A stretch of 64,000 nucleotides of DNA, taken from the NCBI GenBank assembly GCA_038237235.1, contig JBBRYW010000002.1, forward strand, positions 12,998-76,997, read 5' to 3'. Under the pieces are notes generated by a model. The model made no database searches, was not told the origin of the DNA, and worked only from the letters and a program-made list of their open reading frames with translations. Source of the DNA: Gaiellales bacterium. Lineage in GTDB: Bacteria > Actinomycetota > Thermoleophilia > Gaiellales > Gaiellaceae. This document shows positions 44,731 through 51,842 of this stretch, in pieces (positions within the stretch are counted from its first letter, which is position 1; every line of letters starts with the position of its first letter). The translations under genes and the position numbers were made by a program.

Positions 44731-45474
44731 TCAATCGTGGAGGATCGATAAGCAGAACTCCCCGCGCTCGAGATTGAGGTCGCGTGTTGGCAGCCGCTGC
44801 TCCGCGCGCCAATCATCGAATGCACGGGCTGGGTAGAGCGCTGCGAGCAAGAGCTGGAGCTGGGCGAGCCCGGTCGTGTCACCGAAGACGGCGACGTAGG
44901 TCTCCTCGAGCGTCTCGACGACGTGGACGACGAGCCCGACGGGCTGCGTCGTGCCGATCACACGCCGCTCCTCGACGCCGGGCTGGGCACGGGCGGCAGC
45001 GAGAAGATCCTGAGTCTCGACGCTGACGACAGCGGCGAACCGTTCGGCCCGGTCGTCGCGGAGCGCCTCATAGTCGGCGGCCGTAGGACGCACGAGCCCC
45101 GCCCCGATCAGCTGCGGAAATCGTTCGAAGGCGTCGGAGGGCTCCCCGGAGCGGTGGCGCGCGTAGGCACAGAGCCAAACGACGTTCTCCTCGGCGTCGA
45201 ACCAGGTCGCGCCGCGGTGATGGTGGCCGTAGCGCAGAACCCATAGCGTGTCGTCGCCGGCGGCGGGGCCGACCGTGTCCGTCCCGTGAACGACGGTGTG
45301 GCGCTGGTTGCGGAGCGCCCTGACCATCTCGTGGCGCAGGAGCGTGTCGAAGTCCGTATCGCGGCCGAACCCTAGATCGTCGACGACGCACCGCTCGGTG
45401 ACGCGCAACTCGTGCCCGGCCCGGCAGACGAACGATCGCAGATGGCATTCCCCGATGTTGCGGTTGCCGGGCAA
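44731..45474 (-). CDS. Hypothetical protein, second gene of the unit divergent from the Ubl operon
   Basis: 247-aa ORF with normal composition (WVLRYGHHHRGATWFDAEENVVWLCAYARHRSGEPSDAFERF...). It lies 25 nt downstream of the wHTH gene. I recognise no motif. Confidence 0.55.
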   Translation of the reverse strand: MPGNRNIGECHLRSFVCRAGHELRVTERCVVDDLGFGRDTDFDTLLRHEMVRALRNQRHTVVHGTDTVGPAAGDDTLWVLRYGHHHRGATWFDAEENVVWLCAYARHRSGEPSDAFERFPQLIGAGLVRPTAADYEALRDDRAERFAAVVSVETQDLLAAARAQPGVEERRVIGTTQPVGLVVHVVETLEETYVAVFGDTTGLAQLQLLLAALYPARAFDDWRAEQRLPTRDLNLERGEFCLSILHD

Positions 45475-45499
45475 TCGGACCCGACTGTAGCGGCGGGTG

Positions 45500-46369
45500 C
45501 TACTTACTCAGGCGGGCGGCGCGGGCCTCGGCCTGCTTCTTCGAGTACCGCTTCGAGAACCGCGCCAACTCGTCCTTGTCGCCGCTCTTGATCGCAGCGC
45601 GCAGGGCGTCGTGGTCGGCGGCGAGCTGATCCTTGTGGGTGTCGAGGAACTCGTGCCACGCCGAGGCGAGAAGCGCTCCCGGCTCGCTTCCCTGCATGCC
45701 GGCGAGTGCCTTGACGTCGCTCCGCAGAGGCTGCGGCAGCGAGAAGTCGCCGCTCGTCGGGTCAGCGGGATCCTCTTTCGGCGTCCCGGCCCGCGGGTCG
45801 ACGAAAAGGAGTCCCTCGCGGCGCGGTCGCTCGACGCGGTGGACGAAGCCCTTCTGGAAGACGTTGACGAGGCGGTTTGTCGCGGCGCTCGGCTCGAGCC
45901 CGGTCGCCTGCGCAAAGTTCGCGACGGTCACGCGGCCGCCGAGGCGCCGAAGAACGTCGAGCGTCTCATGCTCTGTCGGCGTCAGCGAGCCGAGTGGCTC
46001 CGCCTCTGACAACCGTTCGACGGAGGGAGCGACGAAGAGGGCGAGGTCGTAGGTCTGGGCGAGCGAGCGAAGTACCTCGCGCATCCCCTCGTCCTCGGTG
46101 CAGAGAACGACCGCCAGCGGCCCGAGCGTGCGGCCGCGCGCCGCTTGGCCGAGCGGAACGACGAGCTCTAGAAGGACTGACGCCGAGGGGAACCTTCCCT
46201 CGAGGTTCAAGGCCAGCACCGTTGGCTCTCTGACGCCACTTGGCAACAGCCACTTGCGGAAGCGCGCCATGAGTCCCCGATCGAGGAGAGGCCCGGCCGT
46301 GCCGTCCGGTGTGAACGGAGCACGCAGCTCGAGGAGTGGAAGGCGATGAGAGTGGAGCAGGGAGTTCAT
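45500..46369 (-). CDS. Winged-helix DNA-binding protein with unknown N-terminal domain and helical C-terminus
   Basis: ATG at 46369 (MNSLLHSHRLP...). The central MarR-like wHTH is LTPTEHETLDVLRRLGGRVTVANFAQATGLEPSAATNRLVNVFQKGFVHRVERP. It is divergent from the Ubl gene. Confidence 0.65.
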   Translation of the reverse strand: MNSLLHSHRLPLLELRAPFTPDGTAGPLLDRGLMARFRKWLLPSGVREPTVLALNLEGRFPSASVLLELVVPLGQAARGRTLGPLAVVLCTEDEGMREVLRSLAQTYDLALFVAPSVERLSEAEPLGSLTPTEHETLDVLRRLGGRVTVANFAQATGLEPSAATNRLVNVFQKGFVHRVERPRREGLLFVDPRAGTPKEDPADPTSGDFSLPQPLRSDVKALAGMQGSEPGALLASAWHEFLDTHKDQLAADHDALRAAIKSGDKDELARFSKRYSKKQAEARAARLSK

Positions 46370-46379
46370 AGAGAGGCCA

Positions 46380-46489
46380 TATCGGCAGAAGCGGAGCCTG
46401 ACACAAATAGCAGCCGAGTGTGTGGTGCCATCGGTTACTTCTGCTATATTCACTGAGTTCAGTGAAGTTACTGTGGAACTCTGCCGATA
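46380..46489. promoter_or_regulatory. Divergent promoter/operator region with nested symmetry
   Basis: TATCGGCAGA (46380-46389) and its exact complement TCTGCCGATA (46480-46489) lie 100 bp apart. The perfect palindrome TTCACTGA-GT-TCAGTGAA is at 46449-46466, flanked by GTTACT direct repeats. The region is AT-richer than its surroundings. Confidence 0.45.
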
Positions 46490-46501
46490 AGGAGGAAGGA
46501 C

Positions 46502-46762
46502 ATGCCCCCGAAGCAGATCGAGATCGCAATCGTCGTCAACGGCCAGCCGACGGTCGTCCACGCCAACCCCAACTCGCCCCTCAAGACGGTGATTCCGAAG
46601 GCGCTCGAGGCGACCGGGAATACCGGTCAACCGCCTGAGAACTGGGAGCTCCGCGACGCAAATGGCACGCTCCTGGACACTTCGAAGAAGATCGGGAGCT
46701 TCAACTTCCCGGCCGGCATGCGTCTGCTCCTGAACCTGAAGGCCGGGGTGGGCGGCGCGTGA
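46502..46762 (+). CDS. Ubiquitin-like beta-grasp protein (multiubiquitin-type), C-terminus ...GVGGA
   Basis: 86 aa. AAGGAGGAAGGA lies before the ATG. The sequence is IEIAIVVNGQPTVVHANPNSPLKTVI...WELRDANGTLLD...GMRLLLNLKAGVGGA. The stop overlaps the next start. Confidence 0.75.
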   Translation: MPPKQIEIAIVVNGQPTVVHANPNSPLKTVIPKALEATGNTGQPPENWELRDANGTLLDTSKKIGSFNFPAGMRLLLNLKAGVGGA

Positions 46763-47379
46763 GCACGTCCCCGCAGCTCGCCGACCCCCAGGTTTCGCGC
46801 ACGAAGTTCGCCCGCGAAGTCGAGGAGTTCCGGCAGCTCGCCGGCGACTACTCTCGCCGCGGATGGCTACTGGTCGAAGCGGAGTTCCCGCGCATCTTCG
46901 TCATCATGGCCGCGCCGCAGCTCAAACCGTCGCCGATCGTCACCGGCCTTCTGCTGGACTACACCGACTATGACCTAAGGCCGCCCTCAGTCCAGCTCGC
47001 CGATCCGTTCAGCCGCGCGCCCTACAAAGCCGGCCAGCTCCCGACGAACCTGCTGCGCCAGGTCGAGACCGACGCGGTGCCGATCGGGCTGGCGCTTCCG
47101 CCCGGCTTCGCCGCGCCGCGGGTGATCCAGCAGCAGCCGCTCATGCAGAGCTATGGGCCTGAAGAGCTTCCGTTCCTGTGTATTGCCGGCGTCCGCGAGT
47201 ATCACGAACACCCCGCCCACTCCGGCGACCGCTGGGAGCTCCATCGCCGAGATGGCGCCGGCAGGCTCGTGCGCATCCTCGAAATCATCGACACCTACGG
47301 CGTCCGTCCGCTGAATGGCTACGGCGTCACCCTTGTCCCACAGGTGTCAGGACTGACACAAGGCGAGGTACCGGCGTGA
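46759..47379 (+). CDS. Prokaryotic E2-like (UBC-fold) conjugating enzyme
   Basis: 206 aa. The only cysteine lies in PFLCIAGVREYHEHPAHSGDRWELH. The gene is coupled by GTGA overlaps on both sides. Confidence 0.75.
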   Translation: MSTSPQLADPQVSRTKFAREVEEFRQLAGDYSRRGWLLVEAEFPRIFVIMAAPQLKPSPIVTGLLLDYTDYDLRPPSVQLADPFSRAPYKAGQLPTNLLRQVETDAVPIGLALPPGFAAPRVIQQQPLMQSYGPEELPFLCIAGVREYHEHPAHSGDRWELHRRDGAGRLVRILEIIDTYGVRPLNGYGVTLVPQVSGLTQGEVPA

Positions 47380-47849
47380 CGCTGGAGGGGGTCGAGAAGT
47401 TCTCCGTCCCCGAAGACGTCGTCGCGAACACCGAGCGCAGCCTGCGCCGAGCCGGGCGCGATGGCTACGAGCTATTCGTCCTCTGGAGCGGCATGCACAA
47501 GAACTCCTCGTTCCGGGTCAGCACGGCTCACGTGCCCGAACAGAGCTCCTACCGCTTGAAGGGCGGGCTCTGCGTCCGTGTCGAGGGCGAGGCGCTCCAC
47601 AAGCTGAACGTCTGGCTGTTCGAGAATGAGGAGACGCTCGGCGTGCAGGTACACGCCCACCCGACCGACGCCTACCACTCCAACACCGACGATACCTACC
47701 CGATCGTCACCATCCTCGGCGGGCTCTCTCTCGTCGTCCCCGACTTCTGCCACGCCGGGCTCTTCGCCCGCAGCGCCGCCTACCGGCTCTCGCGCGACGG
47801 CTGGCACGAGGACTCAAGACCCGTGACCCAGCTGATCGAGGTCGTCTGA
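47376..47849 (+). CDS. JAB/MPN (JAMM) metalloprotease
   Basis: 157 aa with YELFVLWSG (Glu) and VQVHAHPTDAYHSNTD (HxH...S..D). The GTG at 47376 overlaps the E2 stop. Confidence 0.8.
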   Translation: MTLEGVEKFSVPEDVVANTERSLRRAGRDGYELFVLWSGMHKNSSFRVSTAHVPEQSSYRLKGGLCVRVEGEALHKLNVWLFENEETLGVQVHAHPTDAYHSNTDDTYPIVTILGGLSLVVPDFCHAGLFARSAAYRLSRDGWHEDSRPVTQLIEVV

Positions 47850-49339
47850 TGCTCGCCGACTACTACCTGCGCAACGCCGCCGCCGCCGCCCAAGTCCTCT
47901 CGGGCTTCGACGAGGAGCTGTTTCGCTCGCGGCTCGAATCGACGCCGGTCGGGATCTCGCTCGGCGCCGACGTGGAATCAGGCGAGGGACGCGCGGTCGC
48001 CGACCTCCTCGTCCGCCTCAGCGCTCGGCTCTACCCCACGCTGGCCCTCATCGGTGAGCCAGCCACGGTAGCCCCGCTCGCCGAACTCGCTAAGGCGATC
48101 AACCCAATGATCGACCTCGTCGACGAGGCGACCATTGGCGTCGCCGTCAGCGACGGCAACGCCTTTCAAACGACGATCTACGCTGGCTCAGATGGCTGGG
48201 ACGGGTTCGTGAGCGCGACAGAGCCGCAGAGTCTCGGCGCGAGCGACAACCCGTTCGGCGCCGGGGTCGCGGCCTGCCTCGCCGCCGCCGGCCTCTTCCG
48301 CGCTGTCTTCCTGCCCGACTGGAAGGAGCGCGTCGACGAGCGCGCGCGCTTCTCGGCCCTCGCAGGCGACGCTGTCGAAGCCGCGACCAACTCTCCCTCC
48401 ACACCTTGGCGCCTTGAAGAAGATGCCGTATTGGTCGGCGCCGGCGCTGTCGGCCAAGGCGCCCTCTGGGCTCTCTCCCGGGCGCCCTTGAGCGGGCGGC
48501 TGCATGTCGTCGACATGGAGGTCCTCGAGCTCAGCAACCTGCAGCGCTACGTCCTTACCGAGCGCACCGACGAGATTCGCGACAAGGTCGAGATCGCGGC
48601 CACGCTCGACTCCACCCTCGAACTCGTCCCGCACGCGGAAGACCTGGCCGCTTTCCTTGCGAAAAACGGCTACCGCTGGAGCGCGATGCTCCTCGGGCTC
48701 GACAGCGCCCGCGACCGTGTCAGCGCGCAAGCGTCTCTGCCGCGCTTCGTCGCCAACGCCTGGACGCAACCTGGCGATCTCGGCGTCGCCGCTCACTCGC
48801 GCTTCGGCGGCGAGGGGGCCTGCGTCGCCTGCTTCTATCTTCCGGAGGCGCGCCTCAAGAACGAGGACGAGCTCGTCGCCGAGACGCTCGGCGTGTCGCA
48901 GTTCCTCATGCAAGTGCGTACGTTACTGGCAACCGGTGAGCCAGTCGACCGCGGATTCTTGGAGGCGGTTGCCCAGGCAGTCAGCCAACCTTTGGAGGCG
49001 CTCTTGCCCTTCGAGGGCAGGACAGTCCGCGAGCTCTACGTCGAGGGCTTTTGCGGCGGCGCAGTGATCCCGATCGGCAGGGCCGGCAAGCTCCACCAGG
49101 TTGCGCAGGAAGTGCACGTCCCGCTCGCGCACCAGTCTGCCCTCGCCGGCGTCCTCCTCGCCGCCGCGCTCGTCCGCCACGCTATCGCGGGCGAGGAGGA
49201 GCTGACGCACGTCACGCGGCTCGACGTCTTAAAGCCGGTCGGTCAGTTCCTGCGACAACCGCTACGCGCGCGGCGCGATGGACGCTGCATTTGCGACGAC
49301 GCTGACTTCGTCACGGCTTACGCGGCGAAGTACGACTGA
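47849..49339 (+). CDS. E1-like ThiF/MoeB-family adenylating enzyme
   Basis: 496 aa with VLVGAGAVGQGALWAL, HVVDMEVLELSNLQRY and paired Cys motifs GACVACFY and DGRCICDD. The ATG overlaps the JAB stop (TGATG). Confidence 0.85.
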   Translation: MLADYYLRNAAAAAQVLSGFDEELFRSRLESTPVGISLGADVESGEGRAVADLLVRLSARLYPTLALIGEPATVAPLAELAKAINPMIDLVDEATIGVAVSDGNAFQTTIYAGSDGWDGFVSATEPQSLGASDNPFGAGVAACLAAAGLFRAVFLPDWKERVDERARFSALAGDAVEAATNSPSTPWRLEEDAVLVGAGAVGQGALWALSRAPLSGRLHVVDMEVLELSNLQRYVLTERTDEIRDKVEIAATLDSTLELVPHAEDLAAFLAKNGYRWSAMLLGLDSARDRVSAQASLPRFVANAWTQPGDLGVAAHSRFGGEGACVACFYLPEARLKNEDELVAETLGVSQFLMQVRTLLATGEPVDRGFLEAVAQAVSQPLEALLPFEGRTVRELYVEGFCGGAVIPIGRAGKLHQVAQEVHVPLAHQSALAGVLLAAALVRHAIAGEEELTHVTRLDVLKPVGQFLRQPLRARRDGRCICDDADFVTAYAAKYD

Positions 49340-49388
49340 TCAGGTCCAGCCCGTGTCTGCCGGCCGCGGCTGCTCGTAGCTTTGCGCT

Positions 49389-49712
49389 ATGCAGATCTCG
49401 AAGCGGACCAGGTTCAAGTTCGGCGAGTTCGCCACCGCGTACGCCGTCTTACGCCAGATCGATCTCGTCTTCATGAGCGAGGATTTCGAACACGTCGTGG
49501 AGTGGCTAGACCTCGATTCCGGCATGCGCCGAAGCCTCGTATCTGGCTACCACGCCGCGATCGACTTCTCTGATCCGGTGCAGCTCGGACGGCTAATCCG
49601 CGTCTACGCGGATGCCATCACCTCCTGGGGCCGTGACGAGCACGGCGACCTGGTTCCAACCATGATCCGACCTGAGATCGGGCTGCCCGGGGGATTGTTC
49701 CGTTCGACTTAG
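49389..49712 (+). CDS. Hypothetical 107-aa protein downstream of the E1 gene
   Basis: The ORF starts 50 nt after the E1 stop in a lower-GC stretch. Its composition is protein-like (FEHVVEWLDLDSGMRRSLVSGYHAAIDFSDPVQLGRLIRVYADAITSW). I recognise no motif. Confidence 0.4.
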   Translation: MQISKRTRFKFGEFATAYAVLRQIDLVFMSEDFEHVVEWLDLDSGMRRSLVSGYHAAIDFSDPVQLGRLIRVYADAITSWGRDEHGDLVPTMIRPEIGLPGGLFRST

Positions 49713-49841
49713 TTCCGTCCGACTTGGCTAGGCGGCCCGAGCTGGCGCCTGACACCGGAGGTTCTCGGCTTCATTCTGCGTCGTGCGGATGCACGACATC
49801 GCCGGCCTCCTCGGAGTGAGCACCGACTGTGCCTGCCGAAC

Positions 49842-50627
49842 CTATGCCTCGAACCGGCTGATCCGCTCGAGCAGCGCCTCGGGGTCGACGCCCGTCGGCA
49901 CCTCGACCTCGTCGACGATCCGGCCGTCGAGGATCCGAACGACCCGGTCGCAGCGGCTCGCGATCACCGGGTCGTGGGTGGCGACGACGACGGTCATCCC
50001 GTGCCGCTCGCGCAGGTCGAGCAGAAGCTGCATCAGCTCGAGCGCCGTCTGGGAGTCGACGTTGCCGGTCGGCTCGTCGGCGAGGAGCAGGATCGGGTCG
50101 TTGATCAGCGCGCGCGCGATCGCAACCCGCTGCTGCTGCCCGCCCGACATGCGAGAGGGAAGGGATGCCTCGCGCCCTTCGAGGCCGACCGCGGCGAGCA
50201 GCTCGCTCGCTCGCGCGAACTTGTCGAACTCGGTCTTGTAGGGCAGCAAGGGCGCCGCCACGTTGTCGAGCGCGGTCAGCACGGGCAGCAGGTGGAAGCG
50301 CTGAAAGACGAAGCCGATCCGGCGCCGGTAGGCGACCTGGCGCTGGCCGCTGAGCGCGGTGACCTCCTCGCCGGCGACCGTGATCCGTCCCTCGTCGACG
50401 ACGTCCATTGCGCCGACCACGTGCAAGAGCGTCGACTTCCCCGAGCCCGAAGGGCCGGTGATCGCAACCACCTTGCCGGGCTCGACCACGAGGCTGACGC
50501 CGTCGAGCGCCGTGATCGTCGCCTCGCCGAGCCGGTAGCGCTTACCGACGTCCTCCAGCTCCACCCGCGCGCCGGGGGCTTGTTGGCCGTTCTTGCTGCT
50601 GCGAAGATCCATCTGGCCGGCTAGCAT
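49842..50627 (-). CDS. ABC transporter ATP-binding protein (MacB/LolD/FtsE-like)
   Basis: Walker A GPSGSGKST, signature MSGGQQQRVAIARAL and Walker B ILLADEPTGNVD. Confidence 0.9.
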   Translation of the reverse strand: MLAGQMDLRSSKNGQQAPGARVELEDVGKRYRLGEATITALDGVSLVVEPGKVVAITGPSGSGKSTLLHVVGAMDVVDEGRITVAGEEVTALSGQRQVAYRRRIGFVFQRFHLLPVLTALDNVAAPLLPYKTEFDKFARASELLAAVGLEGREASLPSRMSGGQQQRVAIARALINDPILLLADEPTGNVDSQTALELMQLLLDLRERHGMTVVVATHDPVIASRCDRVVRILDGRIVDEVEVPTGVDPEALLERISRFEA

Positions 50628-50668
50628 ACATTGCGGCCATGCAGAAGCTAACTCGCTAAGGAAATCGC

Positions 50669-51274
50669 GTGCCGATCCAACATGCAGTGCTCGCCCTGCT
50701 CGCCACGGGCCCCGCCCACGGCTACGGCCTGAAGGCGAGCTTCGAGGACTCGATCGGCCCGCAGTGGGGCGAGCTCAACATCGGCCACCTCTACCAGGTG
50801 CTCGAGCGCCTGATCCGCGACGAGCTCGTGACGAAGCGCGTCGTCGCGCAGTCGGATCGGCCGGACAAGAACGTCTACCGCCTGACCGAGGCCGGCCGCG
50901 CCGAGCTCGAGCGCTGGCTGGAGACGCCGTTCGTGCGCCAGGGCGGCTACCGAGACGACTTCTTCCTCAAGTTGTTCGCGGCCGCCCGACTCGGCGAGGA
51001 GGAGCTCAGGGGCGTAATCCGCGTCCAGCGCCAGGCTTACATGGGGGAGCTGTCGGCGCTCGCCGAGCTCCGGCTCGAGCACCGCGAGGAGCCGCTCGTC
51101 CGCCTCCTGATCGAGGCGGCGGCCAAGCACGCTGAGGCGAACCTGCAGGTCGTGGAGCTGGCGGAGGTGGCGGCGGCCGAGCTGGTGGCCTCGCAGAGGG
51201 CGCTTCGGGTCGAGGAAGGCTCCGAAGACGAGCTCAGGCCCGAGGCAGCCGGCGAGCGCCACCAGCGAACCTAG
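50669..51274 (+). CDS. PadR-family transcriptional regulator
   Basis: IQHAVLALLATGPAHGYGLKASFEDSIGPQWGELNIGHLYQVLERLIRDELV. It is divergent from the ABC ATPase gene. Confidence 0.85.
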   Translation: MPIQHAVLALLATGPAHGYGLKASFEDSIGPQWGELNIGHLYQVLERLIRDELVTKRVVAQSDRPDKNVYRLTEAGRAELERWLETPFVRQGGYRDDFFLKLFAAARLGEEELRGVIRVQRQAYMGELSALAELRLEHREEPLVRLLIEAAAKHAEANLQVVELAEVAAAELVASQRALRVEEGSEDELRPEAAGERHQRT

Positions 51275-51313
51275 ATTGCCTCTTACATCGTCGCAAGGTA
51301 TGCTTCACTAATC

Positions 51314-51826
51314 ATGGGCCGCGCTCGCACAGTGACCGCGATCATCGTTGCCAGCTGCCTGGTCGTTGCGGCCGACGCAACCGCGACAGTGCGGCTGAAC
51401 AAGGGGATCGGGCGAGTCAACCTCGGCATGACCTCGAGTCAACTGATTCGTACGTTCGGCAAGCCGCTGGGCATTCGCACTGGCGGCCTCTCGCCGGTCG
51501 CCAGACGCTTCTCCACCGATCGGACCTACGTCGAGTACGAGTACTTCTCGAAGAACGGCTACACGGTCGGGCTTGCGAGGCGGAGCGGCAAGATGCGCGT
51601 GGTCTTGGTCGCCGTCTACATCAGCGGGCAGCGCACGCCTCAGGGGATCGGCGTGGGCTCCTTGGCGGGCGACGTCCGCGTCAAGTATCCGAGCGTGCAC
51701 TGCGGACTCCTCGACGAGGTGAGCCAGTCTTGCGTCCTGCCGAGCCGCGCCAAGGCGGAGACGGTCTTCGTCGTGGACACGCTCAGGTCGCGCGTGAGCG
51801 CGGTCGCGGTGCGCGCGCGCACGTGA
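51314..51826 (+). CDS. Secreted hypothetical protein
   Basis: 170 aa with a signal-like N-terminus (TAIIVASCLVVAADATA). It lies between padR and the permease gene. Confidence 0.5.
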   Translation: MGRARTVTAIIVASCLVVAADATATVRLNKGIGRVNLGMTSSQLIRTFGKPLGIRTGGLSPVARRFSTDRTYVEYEYFSKNGYTVGLARRSGKMRVVLVAVYISGQRTPQGIGVGSLAGDVRVKYPSVHCGLLDEVSQSCVLPSRAKAETVFVVDTLRSRVSAVAVRART

Positions 51827-51842
51827 GCTGTGCCTCGCGGGC

